Below are positions 20,254 to 29,498 of a DNA stretch of 64,000 bases, piece by piece (positions within the stretch are counted from its first letter, which is position 1; each line of letters starts with the position of its first letter). The stretch is taken from the NCBI GenBank assembly GCA_900544605.1, contig UQVP01000003.1, forward strand, positions 4,031-68,030. The letters run 5' to 3'. A program made the translations under genes and the position numbers. This DNA comes from an uncultured Mycoplasmatota bacterium (GTDB taxonomy: Bacteria > Bacillota_I > Bacilli_A > RF39 > UBA660). The notes beneath the pieces are model-generated. The model saw only the letters and a program-made list of their open reading frames with translations. It was not told the origin of the DNA and ran no database searches.

Positions 20254-20973
20254 TTAATTTTTTTTTGCTTCATTATATAATTTTTTTACTTCTTTTATAT
20301 TTAAATAACGATATTCACCAGATTTTAACCCTTTTAGATTAAGAAAAGATATTTTTTCTCTTTTTAATTTTATTACTTCATGATTAATAGCAGCAAACAT
20401 GTTCTTTACTTGATGATTTTTTCCTTCATGAATAGTTATTTCAACAATAGAAGTATCTGTTTTTTTATCATAACTAATGATTCTAGCACCAGCTTTTGAT
20501 GTTTTATAGTTATCTATTTTTATTCCTGTTCTCAATGCAAGAATATCACTTTTATTGACAAGACCTTTTACTTTAGCAATATAAGTTTTATCAACATGGT
20601 TTTTAGGATGGGTAAGTAAATTAGCTAACTCTCCATCATTAGTTAAGATTAAAGCACCTGTTGTATCATAATCAAGTCTTCCAATGGGATACAATCTTTT
20701 ATCTGTCTCAATAAGGTCTAAAACAGTTTTTCTTTTATATTCATCATTTGTTGTTGTAACAACACCACGTGGCTTATTTAATAAAATATATTCTTTATCT
20801 TCTTGGTTCAAATTTTTACCATTAACTTCAATTGTATCTGCATAGCTAACTTTAGTTCCCAATTCTCTTACTATTTGACCATTGACAACTACCTTACCTT
20901 GTTTTATTAATTCTTCCGCTTTTCTTCTTGAACAAATACCAGATGAAGCAATAACTTTTTGCAAACGTTCCAT
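20254..20973 (-). CDS. Pseudouridine synthase, RsuA/RluB family
   Basis: S4 domain MERLQKVIASSGICSRRKAEELI; catalytic motif GRLDYDTTGALILTNDG. Confidence 0.9.
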   Translation of the reverse strand: MERLQKVIASSGICSRRKAEELIKQGKVVVNGQIVRELGTKVSYADTIEVNGKNLNQEDKEYILLNKPRGVVTTTNDEYKRKTVLDLIETDKRLYPIGRLDYDTTGALILTNDGELANLLTHPKNHVDKTYIAKVKGLVNKSDILALRTGIKIDNYKTSKAGARIISYDKKTDTSIVEITIHEGKNHQVKNMFAAINHEVIKLKREKISFLNLKGLKSGEYRYLNIKEVKKLYNEAKKN

Positions 20974-21018
20974 AAAATCACCTGGATAAATTATACCCCA
21001 GAATAATAATATTTGCAA

Positions 21019-21537
21019 CTAAAAAAAGAGCTTAACAACTATAATGCTAGAAATGATTCCTATAATATCTGCAAATAATCCTACCCAAAGAGAATATCTT
21101 ATTTTTTTTATTCCTACACTACCAAAATAAAGTGAAATAATGTAAAAGGTTGTATCTGTTGATCCTTGTATAATAGAGCTTATTCTTCCAATCATACTGT
21201 CTGGCCCTGAAGACATTAAAATATTGTTTAAAATAGCAAGAGAAGAACTTCCTGAAATTGGTCGCATCAAAGCTATGGGAATTATTTCAATAGGAACTTT
21301 AATAAAATTAAAAATAGGTTTTAAAATAGTAAATATAACATTTATGAAACCACTATTTATAAAAATATTTACACCTAGAATCATGGCAAGTATAGAAGGA
21401 AAAATATTAATAACAATTTCAAAACTACTTTTTGCCCCTTTCAAAAATGAGTCATAAACATTAATATGTTTTTTTATGCCGTAAAGCAAGATAATAAAAA
21501 TTATAAATGGTACTACTAACGATGATATCTTAGCCAT
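21019..21537 (-). CDS. spmB: Spore maturation protein B
   Basis: Nucleoside-recognition/Gate-type membrane protein directly downstream of spmA and dacB, as in Bacillus. Confidence 0.8.
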   Translation of the reverse strand: MAKISSLVVPFIIFIILLYGIKKHINVYDSFLKGAKSSFEIVINIFPSILAMILGVNIFINSGFINVIFTILKPIFNFIKVPIEIIPIALMRPISGSSSLAILNNILMSSGPDSMIGRISSIIQGSTDTTFYIISLYFGSVGIKKIRYSLWVGLFADIIGIISSIIVVKLFF

Positions 21538-22117
21538 TATTTTTATTTCTCCTTGCTAAAATCCTATCTAAAATTAAACCACACATAGTAGAAAAAAATG
21601 TTGCTATAAAACAAGGAACCAATATTTCTGTAGGATTAGTACTACCGTGCATTATTCTCATTGATATTACTGTTGTTGGAATAATTGTTAGACCACTTGT
21701 ATTTAATACTAAAAACGTAATCATACTTCTACTTGCTGTATCTTTTTTTTTATTCAGATCTTGTAGTGATTTCATTGCTTTTAACCCAAACGGTGTAGCT
21801 GCATTACCAAGACCAAACATATTTGCAATCATATTAGATGCAATGAATCCTAATGACTCGTGCTCCTTTGGAATATCAGGAAACAATTTACCTAATATAG
21901 GTGAAATAAATGCTGAAAACTTTTTCAAAAAACCCGAATCTTTTGCTATTTCCATAATTCCCAACCATATAGCCATAATGGGAAGCAATTTTATAACCAT
22001 ATCAATACTATTTTTTGCACTTGATAAAATTTCAATATTAATAACATCAACTTTGCCAACAATTATACTATATATTATTCCTAAAATAATTAATGCTGAC
22101 CAGACTATGTTTACCAT
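21530..22117 (-). CDS. spmA: Spore maturation protein A
   Basis: Membrane protein in dacB-spmA-spmB synteny, with overlapping stops and starts. Confidence 0.8.
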   Translation of the reverse strand: MVNIVWSALIILGIIYSIIVGKVDVINIEILSSAKNSIDMVIKLLPIMAIWLGIMEIAKDSGFLKKFSAFISPILGKLFPDIPKEHESLGFIASNMIANMFGLGNAATPFGLKAMKSLQDLNKKKDTASRSMITFLVLNTSGLTIIPTTVISMRIMHGSTNPTEILVPCFIATFFSTMCGLILDRILARRNKNNG

Positions 22118-23208
22118 AAGCTTTTAATCCAATCCGTAATTTTATTGAAAAAACCGTTTTTTATTCTTTTATTATCTTTTTCTACATTTATATATATTGG
22201 TTCTCTTTTTATTTCTTCATTATTAACGTAAACGATAGCTTCTCCAATTTTATTATTATTCTCATAATCTTTAAGTTTTTGAATTTCATATTTTATTTTA
22301 ATAGAATTGGTTTCATCAGCAGAAAAAGGATATGAAATATCTTCATTTATATACAATTCATAATTGTTATAATAATTTTCTTCTGGTATAGATATTTTAC
22401 CTTTTTTTAATAATATATAATTTTGGTAATTATTGAATGCTTCTTCGAACAAGTTTTTATGATCAGCAAAATCATTTCCATCGTTTAAAGTTACAGAAAC
22501 TAAATTAAGATTATCTTTGCTGGCTGTTGTAACTAAGGTCCTTTTAGCAATTTCGGTAAAACCCGTTTTACCACCTGTACAATATTTATATGACAGTAAT
22601 AGTTTATTTTTGTTCGTCCAATCATAATAATTCATATTGGTAGCTACTTTATGCCTCTTAGTTTCTACTATTTCTCGATACTTTTCATTATGCATAGCAT
22701 AACTTGTAAGTATTGCCATATCATAAGCTGTAGAATAATTACCTTTTTCTTCATCTAAACCACTTGGGTTATTAAATTCACTGTTTAACATGCCTAATTC
22801 TTTTGCCTTATCATTCATAAGTGTTACAAAATCACTAACACTTCCACCCACATACTTAGCAATAGCTAGGGCAGCGTCATTTCCACTTCTTAACATTAAT
22901 CCATATAAAAGATCTTCAAGTTTTATATTTTCTTGCTGCTTTATATATATTCCGGAGCCATAAGCATCTTCAATTTCTTCACCGATCGTAACAATATCAT
23001 CTAGTTTTCCCGATTCTATTGTCAGTATTGCTGTCATTATTTTAGAAATTGATGCTATACTTCGTTTTGTATGTATATTTTTAGCATATATTATTCTTTT
23101 ACTATCTATGTCCATTAAAATAGCTGAAGTTGCACTACTGTCATAAGCTTTAATGTTTAATGGTAAAACGGCTAAAATAGTAAAAAATATACATATTATT
23201 TTTTTCAT
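22111..23208 (-). CDS. dacB: D-alanyl-D-alanine carboxypeptidase (sporulation-type PBP5*, peptidase S11)
   Basis: Signal peptide; SISKIMT (SxxK), RSGND (SxN) and GKTGFT (KTG) motifs. Confidence 0.9.
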   Translation of the reverse strand: MKKIICIFFTILAVLPLNIKAYDSSATSAILMDIDSKRIIYAKNIHTKRSIASISKIMTAILTIESGKLDDIVTIGEEIEDAYGSGIYIKQQENIKLEDLLYGLMLRSGNDAALAIAKYVGGSVSDFVTLMNDKAKELGMLNSEFNNPSGLDEEKGNYSTAYDMAILTSYAMHNEKYREIVETKRHKVATNMNYYDWTNKNKLLLSYKYCTGGKTGFTEIAKRTLVTTASKDNLNLVSVTLNDGNDFADHKNLFEEAFNNYQNYILLKKGKISIPEENYYNNYELYINEDISYPFSADETNSIKIKYEIQKLKDYENNNKIGEAIVYVNNEEIKREPIYINVEKDNKRIKNGFFNKITDWIKSLW

Positions 23209-23253
23209 AACATCACCTAAATTAATATATGAAAAAAAGGACTAGTTTATGTC

Positions 23254-23793
23254 CTATTTTTCATATATGCCAAGAATTTTATCCTCTGTTTCACTATCTA
23301 TCCCATCAATTTTCCATTTCTTATCAATTTTAGTTAAATTAATATCAAAGGTATATCTTACCTTTTTTTTTGCTACTTTTAATCTTGATATAAGGTAATT
23401 AATATACTTGCCTTCATCGTAATTTCCATCTTCATTTTTAAATTCTTCAATATGGTTATTTTTATAGTTTTCTGTTTCTTTAATTATTTTTCCTAAATCT
23501 AAAACAATTATCTCCACTGTAACAACCGCTTTATCACCATCTATAGTTTCATCTTTTATTTTATATGTCATATTTCTATATTGTTTTTTAATTATTTCTT
23601 GATATTCTTTACCCGTGGTTTCATCAAATCTTTTATCATTGTCAATTACATTATTCAAATCGTTTAATACTTGACTATCTAAAGTTTGATACTTATAAAA
23701 AAAACTTTCTACTTGTTTGGTAGGTGTATTACTGATATTAGCACACCCAGATAATAAAAATAAGTACATTATTACATATATTAACTTTTTCAT
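23254..23793 (-). CDS. Hypothetical lipoprotein
   Basis: Lipobox LFLLSGCAN; 179 aa. Confidence 0.55.
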   Translation of the reverse strand: MKKLIYVIMYLFLLSGCANISNTPTKQVESFFYKYQTLDSQVLNDLNNVIDNDKRFDETTGKEYQEIIKKQYRNMTYKIKDETIDGDKAVVTVEIIVLDLGKIIKETENYKNNHIEEFKNEDGNYDEGKYINYLISRLKVAKKKVRYTFDINLTKIDKKWKIDGIDSETEDKILGIYEK

Positions 23794-23865
23794 TTTCTCC
23801 TCCCAGTTATATTATCATCTATTATAATAAATTTTATACTTTTTTAATTTATATATCAAAATATA

Positions 23866-23894
23866 TTGACATTTTAGTAATTTTTATGTTATAT
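23866..23894 (+). promoter_or_regulatory. Sigma-A-type promoter of tRNA-Ala
   Basis: TTGACA, 17 nt, TTATAT, ending about 20 nt before the tRNA 5' end. Confidence 0.55.
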
Positions 23895-23915
23895 TGTATA
23901 AGCAGATGGCAATTT

Positions 23916-23992
23916 GGGGGATTAGCTCAGTTGGCTAGAGCACTTGCCTTGCACGCAAGGGGTCAAGGGTTCGAATCCCTTATCCTCCACCA
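23916..23992 (+). tRNA. tRNA-Ala (anticodon UGC), CCA encoded
   Basis: Cloverleaf folded by hand: GGGGGAT acceptor with the G3:U70 Ala identity pair, anticodon loop CTTGCAC, T-loop TTCGAAT. Confidence 0.9.
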
Positions 23993-24003
23993 TTATTGTT
24001 AAT

Positions 24004-24031
24004 AAAACTCAGAAATATCTGAGTTTTTTTG
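24004..24031 (+). terminator. Intrinsic terminator after tRNA-Ala
   Basis: aactcag / ctgagtt stem followed by ttttttt. Confidence 0.7.
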
Positions 24032-24109
24032 TAATATTTTAATTTTTTTTTGCTAGTAAGAAGGAAATCGAAACTTTATGTTGTATATTATGAATAGAGG
24101 TGATTATAT

Positions 24110-24856
24110 ATGCAAGAAACTTTGCAATTAATAAAAGATAAATTTCAATTAATTAAGGATAAAGGATGGATAGAATCAAAAAGAAAAGGTAATACTGGTG
24201 TAGGTTACACTTTAGAAAGATTATTTGAAATCGAAGAAAATAATTTTGAAATACCTGACTTTATTATTTTTGAATTAAAAACTCATCTTTCTTACCCAGA
24301 ATCATACATAACACTATTTAATGCAACCCCTGATGGAGATTATTTATTTGAAATTGAACATTTAAAGGAAAAATATGGATACCCTGATAAAACCTTTAAA
24401 CAATATAAAGTTTTAAATTGTGATTTATTTTCCAAGCAAATTAATAATTTAGGACGTAGCTTTAAGCAAACAATAAAATTTGATTATAACGAAAATAAAA
24501 TTAGATTACATATAATGGATAATAATCTTCAATTAATTGATAAAGAAGTAAGTTGGTCCATTGAGCTTTTAAAAGAAAAATTTGAACGAAAGTTGAAATA
24601 TTTAGCTTTTGTTAGTGCCGATAAAAAGTTTTTTAATGGTAAAGTTTACTACAAATATAATAAAATTACTTTTTACAAATCATATTCTTTTGGTAAATTT
24701 ATAGAATTACTTGAAAAAGGTAAAATAAGAATATCATTAAAAATTGGAGTATTTAAATCAGGAAAAAATATAGGAAAAACACATGATCATGGGACAAGTT
24801 TTTCAATTTTAGAAAAAGACTTATGTTTATTATACGAAGAAATATCAGAAACATAA
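24110..24856 (+). CDS. MvaI/BcnI-family type II restriction endonuclease (solitary)
   Basis: GNTGVGYTLERLFEIEENNFEIPDFIIFELKTH and the C-terminal KTHDHGTSFSI match, from my memory of BcnI, the DDGVVGQILERQFGVQENN...GEFELKG and GPHDRGPHLRI blocks. Confidence 0.65.
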   Translation: MQETLQLIKDKFQLIKDKGWIESKRKGNTGVGYTLERLFEIEENNFEIPDFIIFELKTHLSYPESYITLFNATPDGDYLFEIEHLKEKYGYPDKTFKQYKVLNCDLFSKQINNLGRSFKQTIKFDYNENKIRLHIMDNNLQLIDKEVSWSIELLKEKFERKLKYLAFVSADKKFFNGKVYYKYNKITFYKSYSFGKFIELLEKGKIRISLKIGVFKSGKNIGKTHDHGTSFSILEKDLCLLYEEISET

Positions 24857-24892
24857 TTTTTTAGATCAATGTGATAACCAAGGGGATAGGTA

Positions 24893-24920
24893 TAAAAAAA
24901 ACTATCAATAAATGATAGTA
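24893..24920 (-). terminator. Intrinsic terminator of the 12-tRNA operon
   Basis: ctatca / tgatag stem followed by an 8-T run on the minus strand, directly after tRNA-Pro. Confidence 0.65.
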
Positions 24921-24930
24921 ATAACTTAAA

Positions 24931-25007
24931 TGGTCGGGAAAACAGGATTTGAACCTGCAACCCCTTGGTCCCAAACCAAGTGCTCTACCAAGTTGAGCCA
25001 TTTCCCG
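24931..25007 (-). tRNA. tRNA-Pro (UGG)
   Basis: Hand-folded cloverleaf; anticodon loop TTTGGGA; CCA encoded. Confidence 0.9.
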
Positions 25008-25012
25008 ATATA

Positions 25013-25089
25013 TGGTGCGCTCGAAGGGATTCGAACCCCTGACCTTTTGGTTCGTAGCCAAACACTCTATCCAGCTGAGCTACGAGCGC
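25013..25089 (-). tRNA. tRNA-Arg (ACG)
   Basis: Anticodon loop CTACGAA; GCGCTCG acceptor; CCA encoded. Confidence 0.9.
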
Positions 25090-25115
25090 AAATAAGGTTT
25101 ATAGTTTAAACAAAA

Positions 25116-25191
25116 TGGTGGCTCCGACTGGAATCGAACCAGTGACACAAGGATTTTCAGTCCTTTGCTCTACCGACTGAGCTACGAAGCC
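25116..25191 (-). tRNA. tRNA-Phe (GAA)
   Basis: Anticodon loop CTGAAAA; CCA encoded. Confidence 0.9.
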
Positions 25192-25198
25192 AAATTAA

Positions 25199-25274
25199 TG
25201 GCGGTTCCGACGAGAATCGAACTCGCGATCTTCTGCGTGACAGGCAGACGTGATAACCGCTACACCACGGAACC
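25199..25274 (-). tRNA. tRNA-Asp (GUC)
   Basis: Anticodon loop CTGTCAC; discriminator G; CCA encoded. Confidence 0.9.
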
Positions 25275-25277
25275 AAA

Positions 25278-25354
<77 letters not shown>

Positions 25355-25367
25355 ATAATAAATAAAG

Positions 25368-25460
25368 TGGCGGAGAAAGAGGGATTCGAACCCCCGCGCC
25401 GTTGCCGACCTCCTGGTTTTCAAGACCAGTCCCTTCAACCGGACTTGGGTATTTCTCCGC
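25368..25460 (-). tRNA. tRNA-Ser (UGA), long variable arm
   Basis: Anticodon loop CTTGAAA; 93 nt; CCA encoded. Confidence 0.9.
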
Positions 25461-25502
25461 ATAAGTTTAATAAAGTTATAAATACAACTTTATATACAAA
25501 AA

Positions 25503-25591
25503 TGGTGCCTAAGGCCGGACTTGAACCGGCATGAAGTATGACCTTCGCAGGATTTTAAGTCCTGTGCGTCTACCAATTCCGCCACTCAGGC
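25503..25591 (-). tRNA. tRNA-Leu (UAA), long variable arm
   Basis: Anticodon loop CTTAAAA; 89 nt; CCA encoded. Confidence 0.9.
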
Positions 25592-25600
25592 AACAAAAGA

Positions 25601-25676
25601 TGGTGTCCCGTACAGAATTCGAATCTGTGACCCTTTGATTAAAAGTCAAATGCTCTACCAGCTGAGCTAACGGGAC
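25601..25676 (-). tRNA. tRNA-Lys (UUU)
   Basis: Anticodon loop CTTTTAA; CCA encoded. Confidence 0.9.
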
Positions 25677-25691
25677 ATAATATATTAAAAA

Positions 25692-25766
25692 TGGCTGCCT
25701 CGGCTAGATTCGAACTAGCGCATGCCACAGTCAAAGTGTGGTGCCTTACCGCTTGGCTACGAGGCA
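25692..25766 (-). tRNA. tRNA-Gln (UUG)
   Basis: Anticodon loop CTTTGAC; CCA encoded. Confidence 0.88.
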
Positions 25767-25786
25767 ATACTAACCAAACCAAAAAG

Positions 25787-25870
25787 TGGTGGAGGGAGAT
25801 GGATTTGAACCATCGAACCCGAAAGAACAGATTTACAGTCTGCCGCGTTTGACCACTTCGCTACCCCTCC
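25787..25870 (-). tRNA. tRNA-Tyr (GUA), long variable arm
   Basis: Anticodon loop CTGTAAA; 84 nt; CCA encoded. Confidence 0.88.
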
Positions 25871-25875
25871 AAAAG

Positions 25876-25951
<76 letters not shown>

Positions 25952-25954
25952 AAA

Positions 25955-26031
25955 TGGTGGGCGATATAGGACTCGAACCTATGACCCCCTGCTTGTAAGG
26001 CAGGTGCTCTAACCAACTGAGCTAATCGCCC
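25955..26031 (-). tRNA. tRNA-Val (UAC)
   Basis: Anticodon loop CTTACAA; CCA encoded; first gene of the operon. Confidence 0.9.
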
Positions 26032-26052
26032 AATTTCCTTGGACGTAATTAA

Positions 26053-26081
26053 ATATAACATATAAACTACTTAATTGTCAA
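26053..26081 (-). promoter_or_regulatory. Sigma-A-type promoter of the 12-tRNA operon
   Basis: Minus strand reads TTGACA, 17 nt, TTATAT. The -35 element overlaps the stop of the S1-domain gene. This is the same architecture as the tRNA-Ala promoter. Confidence 0.55.
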
Positions 26082-26448
26082 TAGAATTTGCATTTTTTTT
26101 CATTTTATTTATATTTTCTTTAATCCAAATTGGTAATTTATACTCTAAAGTAGTAAACCCGTGTTGTGTTTCAACTATTTTCTTTTTTTTCTTTTTTACA
26201 CTAATTTTATAATTTATATTTTTAATGCTCAATTTTAAATGATTTAATTTATCGTCAACATCCAAAATTTCAACATATATATCTTGCCCAACATTTACAT
26301 AATCATGAATATTTTTAACAAAGCCATTAGATATTTCAGAAATATGAATTAAGCCACTGTAATATTCATCAAGTGTTACAAAAATTCCATAAGATTCGAT
26401 TCCACTTACTGTAGCTTTAACAATTTTTCCTTTCTTATACTTAGTCAT
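26071..26448 (-). CDS. S1 domain RNA-binding protein (YabR/GSP13-like)
   Basis: KKGKIVKATVSGIESYGIFVTLDEYYSGLIHISEIS is an S1 OB-fold. It has a Lys-rich C-terminal tail. Confidence 0.8.
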   Translation of the reverse strand: MTKYKKGKIVKATVSGIESYGIFVTLDEYYSGLIHISEISNGFVKNIHDYVNVGQDIYVEILDVDDKLNHLKLSIKNINYKISVKKKKKKIVETQHGFTTLEYKLPIWIKENINKMKKNANSIDN

Positions 26449-26505
26449 TTTGATACACCTCTTTGTCAATTATAACATGAACTAAGTATAAAGTCCAAAT
26501 TTTTA

Positions 26506-26534
26506 TTTACAATGATTTAACTTTAGTATATAAT
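26506..26534 (+). promoter_or_regulatory. Candidate sigma-A promoter of the Nfu-type gene
   Basis: TTTACA, 17 nt, TATAAT. Confidence 0.45.
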
Positions 26535-26551
26535 AACTAAAGGTGATTCAA

Positions 26552-26782
26552 ATGGAACAAGACGAAATGAAAATTAGAAATATAATTGAAAAATTAAGGC
26601 CTTATCTTATTAGTGATGGGGGTAATATTGATTTTATTAAATACGAAAATAATATCGTGTATATTAAAATGAATGGTGCTTGTGCAAATTGTAGCATGCT
26701 TGATTTTACTTTAAAAGAGGGAATTGAAGCAGCAATTAAAGAGGAAGTTCCTAATGTGAAAGAAATAATAAATGTAGAATAG
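26552..26782 (+). CDS. NifU C-terminal domain (Nfu-type) Fe-S assembly protein
   Basis: LRPYLISDGGNIDFIKYENNIVYIKMNGACANCSM (CxxC). ATG 26552 lies 5 nt after AGGTGA. Confidence 0.8.
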   Translation: MEQDEMKIRNIIEKLRPYLISDGGNIDFIKYENNIVYIKMNGACANCSMLDFTLKEGIEAAIKEEVPNVKEIINVE

Positions 26783-26794
26783 CTCTACATTTTT

Positions 26795-27700
26795 TTATAC
26801 TTTTATTATCCATTCTATTTCTGGAATTTTATAATATTTATTCATTTCTACCAATAAATTTTTTAAAAAAACAATATAGCTGCTTATTTTTAAAAGAATA
26901 TTATTAAGAGCTTTCTTATCACTTTTTGAAATAAATATATTTTCACATATATCAAAATAATAAGTTGGAAATAAAAGTCTACTATATAAAAGGATTGATT
27001 GTTCGTTTGTTAATTGTACTTTTCCCATATCATTAATAGCATCTGTTACAGTATAATTATCATAAAAATATTTACTTTTTATATACTCGGCAGTATCTCT
27101 AACTTTGCTATCAATAATAAAATTTAATGGGTTATATATTTCCTCTACATCAGATGTACATTTTATTCTTCGATGACAAATAGCTAGATTATCCCTATAA
27201 TCTCTTACTTCATTTAACAGTGATATACTATTTTCTGCCAAACCGATAAAAAAGTTAAAACTTTCCATAATTTCAGGATATTTTTTTCCTATTTGACTAA
27301 CTTGATATTCTAAATAATCTATTTTAGCTGTCCACATATTATACCATTCATTGTTAACAAGTTTTTCTAATTTTAAATTATCTATAGGTATATCAGAAAA
27401 AAGCTTTAGCTCATCAAATGTTATTTTATTTCCTTTTCTATAAATTTTTAAAAGAATATAAGGAACATTATTAATATAAGTTAGAATTAGATTATTATTA
27501 TTTAATATTATTTCGTGACATGGAAAATTTAGATTAAGAAGATATATATTTAATTGGTATAAATAATCAATTTTATCTAAATCATCTTTATATTCAGTCA
27601 TAATATATTCTTGGTTATCAATATAACATCTATATTGTTTGTTTACTTGATGTATTGAAGTGGGAACTAAATTATAATAATAACTTAACACATTTTTCAT
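26795..27700 (-). CDS. CotS/YutH-like (kinase-fold) putative spore coat protein
   Basis: Size and patterning are weakly reminiscent of CotS-family proteins, but the catalytic block is degenerate (ICHRR...NFIIDSK). Neighbours are coat genes. Confidence 0.35.
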   Translation of the reverse strand: MKNVLSYYYNLVPTSIHQVNKQYRCYIDNQEYIMTEYKDDLDKIDYLYQLNIYLLNLNFPCHEIILNNNNLILTYINNVPYILLKIYRKGNKITFDELKLFSDIPIDNLKLEKLVNNEWYNMWTAKIDYLEYQVSQIGKKYPEIMESFNFFIGLAENSISLLNEVRDYRDNLAICHRRIKCTSDVEEIYNPLNFIIDSKVRDTAEYIKSKYFYDNYTVTDAINDMGKVQLTNEQSILLYSRLLFPTYYFDICENIFISKSDKKALNNILLKISSYIVFLKNLLVEMNKYYKIPEIEWIIKV

Positions 27701-27770
27701 GATTCCACCTCATTAAATTATATTCAAACCAACTTTTTTTATTAAAAACAAAAAACATCCAAAACGGATG

Positions 27771-28529
27771 CTATTTTAAAACTTCTTTTAAATCATTAAT
27801 TAAATTCTGATATTTTTCTAATTGTTCTGTTAATTCCTTGTTTTTTGCAACTTCATTTTCATATAAATCTTTATAATTATCTTGTGTTGATACCGAAGCT
27901 ACACCATTATTTATAGGCTCAACATCACCATTATAATATATATTTGAATCTATGCTAGGATTACTTATAGTTTTCTCATCTGAAACATTATTCAAAGGTG
28001 TGTTATTATCTACTGCATTTATCTCATTAATCTGTGGTTTTATAATAGAATTATTTACTGGTGTTGTATTTTGAGATAAAAATTTATCATTTTTTTCAGT
28101 TGTTACATCTGTTATAGTATCTTCGATTTTAGGTTCCACTTGAGTTGTATCATTTTCATTATTTTGAATACTTTTATTTGCACTTAAAAGTTGTAATAAA
28201 GAATCATTTAATTTAAATACTTTTTGATTTTCAATTTTAATTTGTGAGATATTAGCTTCATTTAAATCATTAACTCCTACTGGAATGCCATCTTTATTTC
28301 TTTTAATGATATCTTTAATTGTATCTTTTACCAAATTCCACTCTACATCATCATCAATGGTAACTCCCAATCCATTTACAATTTTAGAAATATATAATTT
28401 AACATAACCTCCATCATCTATTTCATTTAAAGAAAATACTAAATAATCAAAGTTATTTAATCTAAAATATCTAATGACAGTTATATTAATAGATTCACCA
28501 TTAGATTTTTGTACAACTATTCCATTCAT
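27771..28529 (-). CDS. Hypothetical protein (DUF1292-like N-terminus, Asn/Thr-rich middle, coiled-coil end)
   Basis: MNGIVVQKSNGESINITVIRYFRLNNFDYLVFSLNEIDDGGYVKLY. The start is probably at 28529. Confidence 0.4.
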   Translation of the reverse strand: MNGIVVQKSNGESINITVIRYFRLNNFDYLVFSLNEIDDGGYVKLYISKIVNGLGVTIDDDVEWNLVKDTIKDIIKRNKDGIPVGVNDLNEANISQIKIENQKVFKLNDSLLQLLSANKSIQNNENDTTQVEPKIEDTITDVTTEKNDKFLSQNTTPVNNSIIKPQINEINAVDNNTPLNNVSDEKTISNPSIDSNIYYNGDVEPINNGVASVSTQDNYKDLYENEVAKNKELTEQLEKYQNLINDLKEVLK

Positions 28530-28676
28530 ATTGATCCTCCTTTTTATTCTAAATATAATTATACTCAAATTTATTATTTTTTTCAACATAAATTTTGGAA
28601 TTTAGGTATTTAATTCACACCATTTGAATTATTTAGAATATGTTATATTAGAAAATCAAATGAAGGGGTGGATTAT

Positions 28677-29117
28677 ATGTGTAATAATGAAACAAATGAC
28701 TGCAAATGCATTTCTGAAATTTTAACTGTCATAGCTATACTTCAAAAAAATGCAATCTGTCCAGAATCTTGTTTGGATACTTGTGACAGAGGATTTTTAG
28801 GATGTTCAGTTACAACTGCAGGATGCAATACGCGTCCAATTATGTTATATACTTGTTGTGGTAATGGTACTCCATGGAGAATGCCTATAACTAAAGAGGA
28901 TGTTGTTTGTGGCGAAGAGGATGTTGTTTGTTCTAATGTATTTAGAGTAGAAAAAATCGATGGATGTTGTGCTACATTTAGAGTTTTAGCAACTAATCCT
29001 GACGTTGCAGCTAGAGCAACAGTTCCATATATTTCAACAAATACATTCTTTACAATGAACTTAAACTGTGTTTGTTGTTTAAGATGTTTACAAGATACTT
29101 ATGTAGACGTAATCTAA
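28677..29117 (+). CDS. CotY/CotZ/ExsY-family cysteine-rich spore crust/exosporium protein
   Basis: FRVEKIDGCCATFRVL and NLNCVCCLRCL parallel B. subtilis CotZ FRVERVHGSCATLSLL and DLDCFCAINCL (from memory). About 20 Cys. ATG 28677 follows GAAGGGGTGG. Confidence 0.75.
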   Translation: MCNNETNDCKCISEILTVIAILQKNAICPESCLDTCDRGFLGCSVTTAGCNTRPIMLYTCCGNGTPWRMPITKEDVVCGEEDVVCSNVFRVEKIDGCCATFRVLATNPDVAARATVPYISTNTFFTMNLNCVCCLRCLQDTYVDVI

Positions 29118-29142
29118 AAAGGCTTAAACAAAGCCTTTTTTA

Positions 29143-29460
29143 TTATGAAAAATTTATATCTTGAATATCAGCAATAGGAATTAATTCATTATCTATAGTA
29201 ATCAAATAGCCATTATTATGACCAATTATTTTAACTTTTTTACTACCGTTTTTTAATTTTAAATCTACTTCTGCCTTATAAACATACCTTTCAGAGTTAA
29301 AAATATCATTTATTTTTTGATAAATATTTTTATTGTCAAAATTATCTTTTTGAGCATTACTCTCAATTTTGTCAGAGTTTCCAGAATAATAGATTTTTTC
29401 ATTATTCAAAATATTTTTATCAATCCTATTTGCAAAAACTTTTGGTAATTTTTTATTCAT
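29143..29460 (-). CDS. Hypothetical small protein
   Basis: ORF of 105 aa; no family recognised. Confidence 0.35.
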   Translation of the reverse strand: MNKKLPKVFANRIDKNILNNEKIYYSGNSDKIESNAQKDNFDNKNIYQKINDIFNSERYVYKAEVDLKLKNGSKKVKIIGHNNGYLITIDNELIPIADIQDINFS

Positions 29461-29498
29461 ATGTTCACCTCAATTAATTTTATGCAAATAATATTTTG

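Noticed and set aside
24861-25061. 66-aa ORF in the supplied track (minus strand)
   Set aside because: It lies entirely over tRNA-Pro and tRNA-Arg. Its 'protein' is just a translated tRNA sequence.
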